Positions 62,586-64,000 of a DNA stretch of 64,000 nucleotides are shown here, piece after piece. Position numbers and translations under genes: made by a program. Source of the DNA: an uncultured Candidatus Saccharibacteria bacterium. GTDB lineage: Bacteria > Patescibacteriota > Minisyncoccia > Phycocordibacterales > PCTT01. Below the pieces are notes generated by a model that worked only from the letters and a program-made list of their open reading frames with translations, made no database searches and had not been told where the DNA came from. The stretch is from NCBI GenBank assembly GCA_964566505.1, contig CAZMIM010000002.1, positions 46,529-110,528 on the forward strand. The letters run 5' to 3'. Position 1 is the stretch's first letter. Each line of letters opens with the position of its first letter.

Positions 62586-63701
62586 TTGGCTAATCATTGG
62601 CTTATACCATTTAGAAAAACGAATACCAACTTACAGTCAGATTCTGATGACGGAGGTAATAAACAGGGTTGGTTCTCAATAAACACACATTCAAGGCTCG
62701 TAATCGAGCTTGTTCTTCTATTTTTTGTGTTGGTATTCCCTGCCGCAGCTCATGCAGGTGTTTTTTCATTTCTAGGAGCAATCTTTGCTGATACTCAAAC
62801 GGTAATAAACCAAACACTCGACACAACTCAAAACTCACAAAATATGGCACTTCTTCGTGCTGCTGTGAACCCAAACCCAGATCCAGCCAAAGGAGGCGGT
62901 GATATTACTATTGTTGGTGATATGGCGCTTCTTTCAGAGGCAGGACCATCAGGAACAATCGCTGATATTGATGAATATAAGCAGTCTTCAGGACAGATTT
63001 CTCTTTATGTAGTACGTGAGGGCGATACTCTTTCACAAATTGCGACCATGTTTGGTGTTTCTGTAAACACAATTATGTGGGCAAATGGCACAGAGCGCGC
63101 TTCTCTTATTGCACCAGGAGAGACACTTATTATTCTGCCTGTTTCAGGTATACGACACACAGTTAAATCAGGAGAGACACTTGCAGGTATTGTAAAGAAA
63201 TACAAAGGACACTTTGAAGAGGTTCTAGAGTATAACGGCCTAAAAGCAAACGCGAAGCTTGCTGTTGGTGATGTGGTGGTGATTCCAGATGGAGAAATTG
63301 CTGCACCAAAGATAACAACATCATCTGTTGCTCGAGGCACAAGTGGTCCTTCATATGATGGATACTATATGCGACCAGTTTCTGGTGGTACAAAGACTCA
63401 AGGAATTCACGGATATAACGCTATCGATATTGGTGCACCATTTGGAACTCCTATTCTTGCATCTGCATCAGGTACTGTGATTATTTCACGAGACTGGGGA
63501 TGGAACGGAGGTTATGGTAATTATGTTGTTATAAAGCACAACAACGGTACGCAAACTCTTTACGCCCACAACTCACGAAACATTGTTTCTTCAGGGCAAA
63601 GCGTGGTTCAAGGACAAGTAATTGGATACGTTGGTTCAACTGGTAAGTCTACTGGTAACCACCTTCACTTTGAGATTCGAGGTGCGAAAAACCCATTTTA
63701 A
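62586..63701 (+). CDS. LysM-domain M23-family peptidoglycan metalloendopeptidase
   Basis: The ORF has two LysM repeats (YVVREGDTLSQIATMFGVSVNTIMWAN; HTVKSGETLAGIVKKY) and an M23 core (HGYNAIDIGAP...GNYVVIKHNNGTQTLYAHNS...STGNHLHFEIR). Confidence 0.85.
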   Translation: MANHWLIPFRKTNTNLQSDSDDGGNKQGWFSINTHSRLVIELVLLFFVLVFPAAAHAGVFSFLGAIFADTQTVINQTLDTTQNSQNMALLRAAVNPNPDPAKGGGDITIVGDMALLSEAGPSGTIADIDEYKQSSGQISLYVVREGDTLSQIATMFGVSVNTIMWANGTERASLIAPGETLIILPVSGIRHTVKSGETLAGIVKKYKGHFEEVLEYNGLKANAKLAVGDVVVIPDGEIAAPKITTSSVARGTSGPSYDGYYMRPVSGGTKTQGIHGYNAIDIGAPFGTPILASASGTVIISRDWGWNGGYGNYVVIKHNNGTQTLYAHNSRNIVSSGQSVVQGQVIGYVGSTGKSTGNHLHFEIRGAKNPF

Positions 63702-63716
63702 TAAGAATTCAGTAAA

Positions 63717-63749
63717 AGCAACGGCTCACTTTGAAAGTGAGCCGTTGCT
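63717..63749. terminator. bidirectional rho-independent terminator
   Basis: agcaacggctcactttgaaagtgagccgttgct has the same hairpin core as 5666-5690. Confidence 0.55.
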
Positions 63750-63774
63750 TTTTGGCTATACAGAGCCGTTGAAA

Positions 63775-64000
63775 TTAAACCGCTTCTTTAAACCTATATT
63801 GGAGTGCTTCGTGTATGTGTGGCACACCAAGCTCCTCGCTTCCCTCAAGGTCTGCAATGGTGCGTGCAAGTTTTATAATACGATGATACGAGCGAGCAGA
63901 GAGACTGTGTGCACTTCCTGCTTTTTCTAAAACATCTTTCACCTCTTTTGAGAGTTCTACAAGTTCCAATAGTTCTCTGGAATTCATGTCGCTGTTCTTT
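63775..64000 (-). CDS. YifB/ComM-family Mg-chelatase-like ATPase, C-terminal fragment (gene continues past the window end)
   Basis: The ORF ends ...RSYHRIIKLARTIADLEGSEELGVPHIHEALQYR, the conserved ComM/YifB C-terminus. The N-terminal part lies beyond 64000. Confidence 0.55.
   Translation of the reverse strand, partial: KNSDMNSRELLELVELSKEVKDVLEKAGSAHSLSARSYHRIIKLARTIADLEGSEELGVPHIHEALQYRFKEAV

Noticed and set aside
1-64000. CRISPR arrays, rRNA genes, integrases and transposases.
   Set aside because: I scanned for regularly spaced direct repeats, rRNA-like conserved blocks, and recombinase or transposase motifs in all ORFs of 60 aa or more and found none. The only repeat families are the tRNA-linked elements, the 28-nt hairpin pair, the 20-bp palindrome pair and the intragenic tandem repeats.

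Overview
This 64-kb window is a low-GC (roughly 35-40% by eye), gene-dense bacterial chromosome segment. The gene content is consistent with a small-genome, probably monoderm, CPR/Patescibacteria-like organism; that assignment is inference. The window spans the replication origin region (dnaN-dnaA | rpmH-rnpA-yidC-jag) and carries many core genes: tuf, rpsJ, rplJ-rplL, rplS, rpsT, polA, ruvA/B/C, tyrS, ddl, murF, a murE-like ligase, PBP1A, pcrA and rsmA. Scattered type IV pilus parts are present (pilin, PilB/GspE ATPase, a PilM-like protein), as are seven tRNA genes. A ~13-kb co-directional minus-strand operon (46361-59430) encodes a VirB3/VirB4/VirB6-type (T4SS-like) apparatus plus large secreted and surface proteins. 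The most unusual signals are these. (1) Three homologous ~115-135-nt elements each lie just downstream of a different tRNA gene (His, Arg-TCT, Ser); each ends in an exact 15-16-nt direct repeat of that tRNA's 3' end and begins with the reverse complement of its T-loop. (2) Two anomalously GC-rich envelope genes are present (an OmpA-like C-terminal beta-barrel protein and a lipoprotein). (3) The rpsJ and rplJ leaders share a conserved hairpin. (4) Two cassettes are flanked by identical palindromes (a TrpR-like gene and a dockerin-bearing surface protein gene). (5) Two ribosomal proteins carry acidic low-complexity extensions, and both Mur ligases are membrane-anchored. No CRISPR array, rRNA gene, integrase or transposase was recognised in the window.
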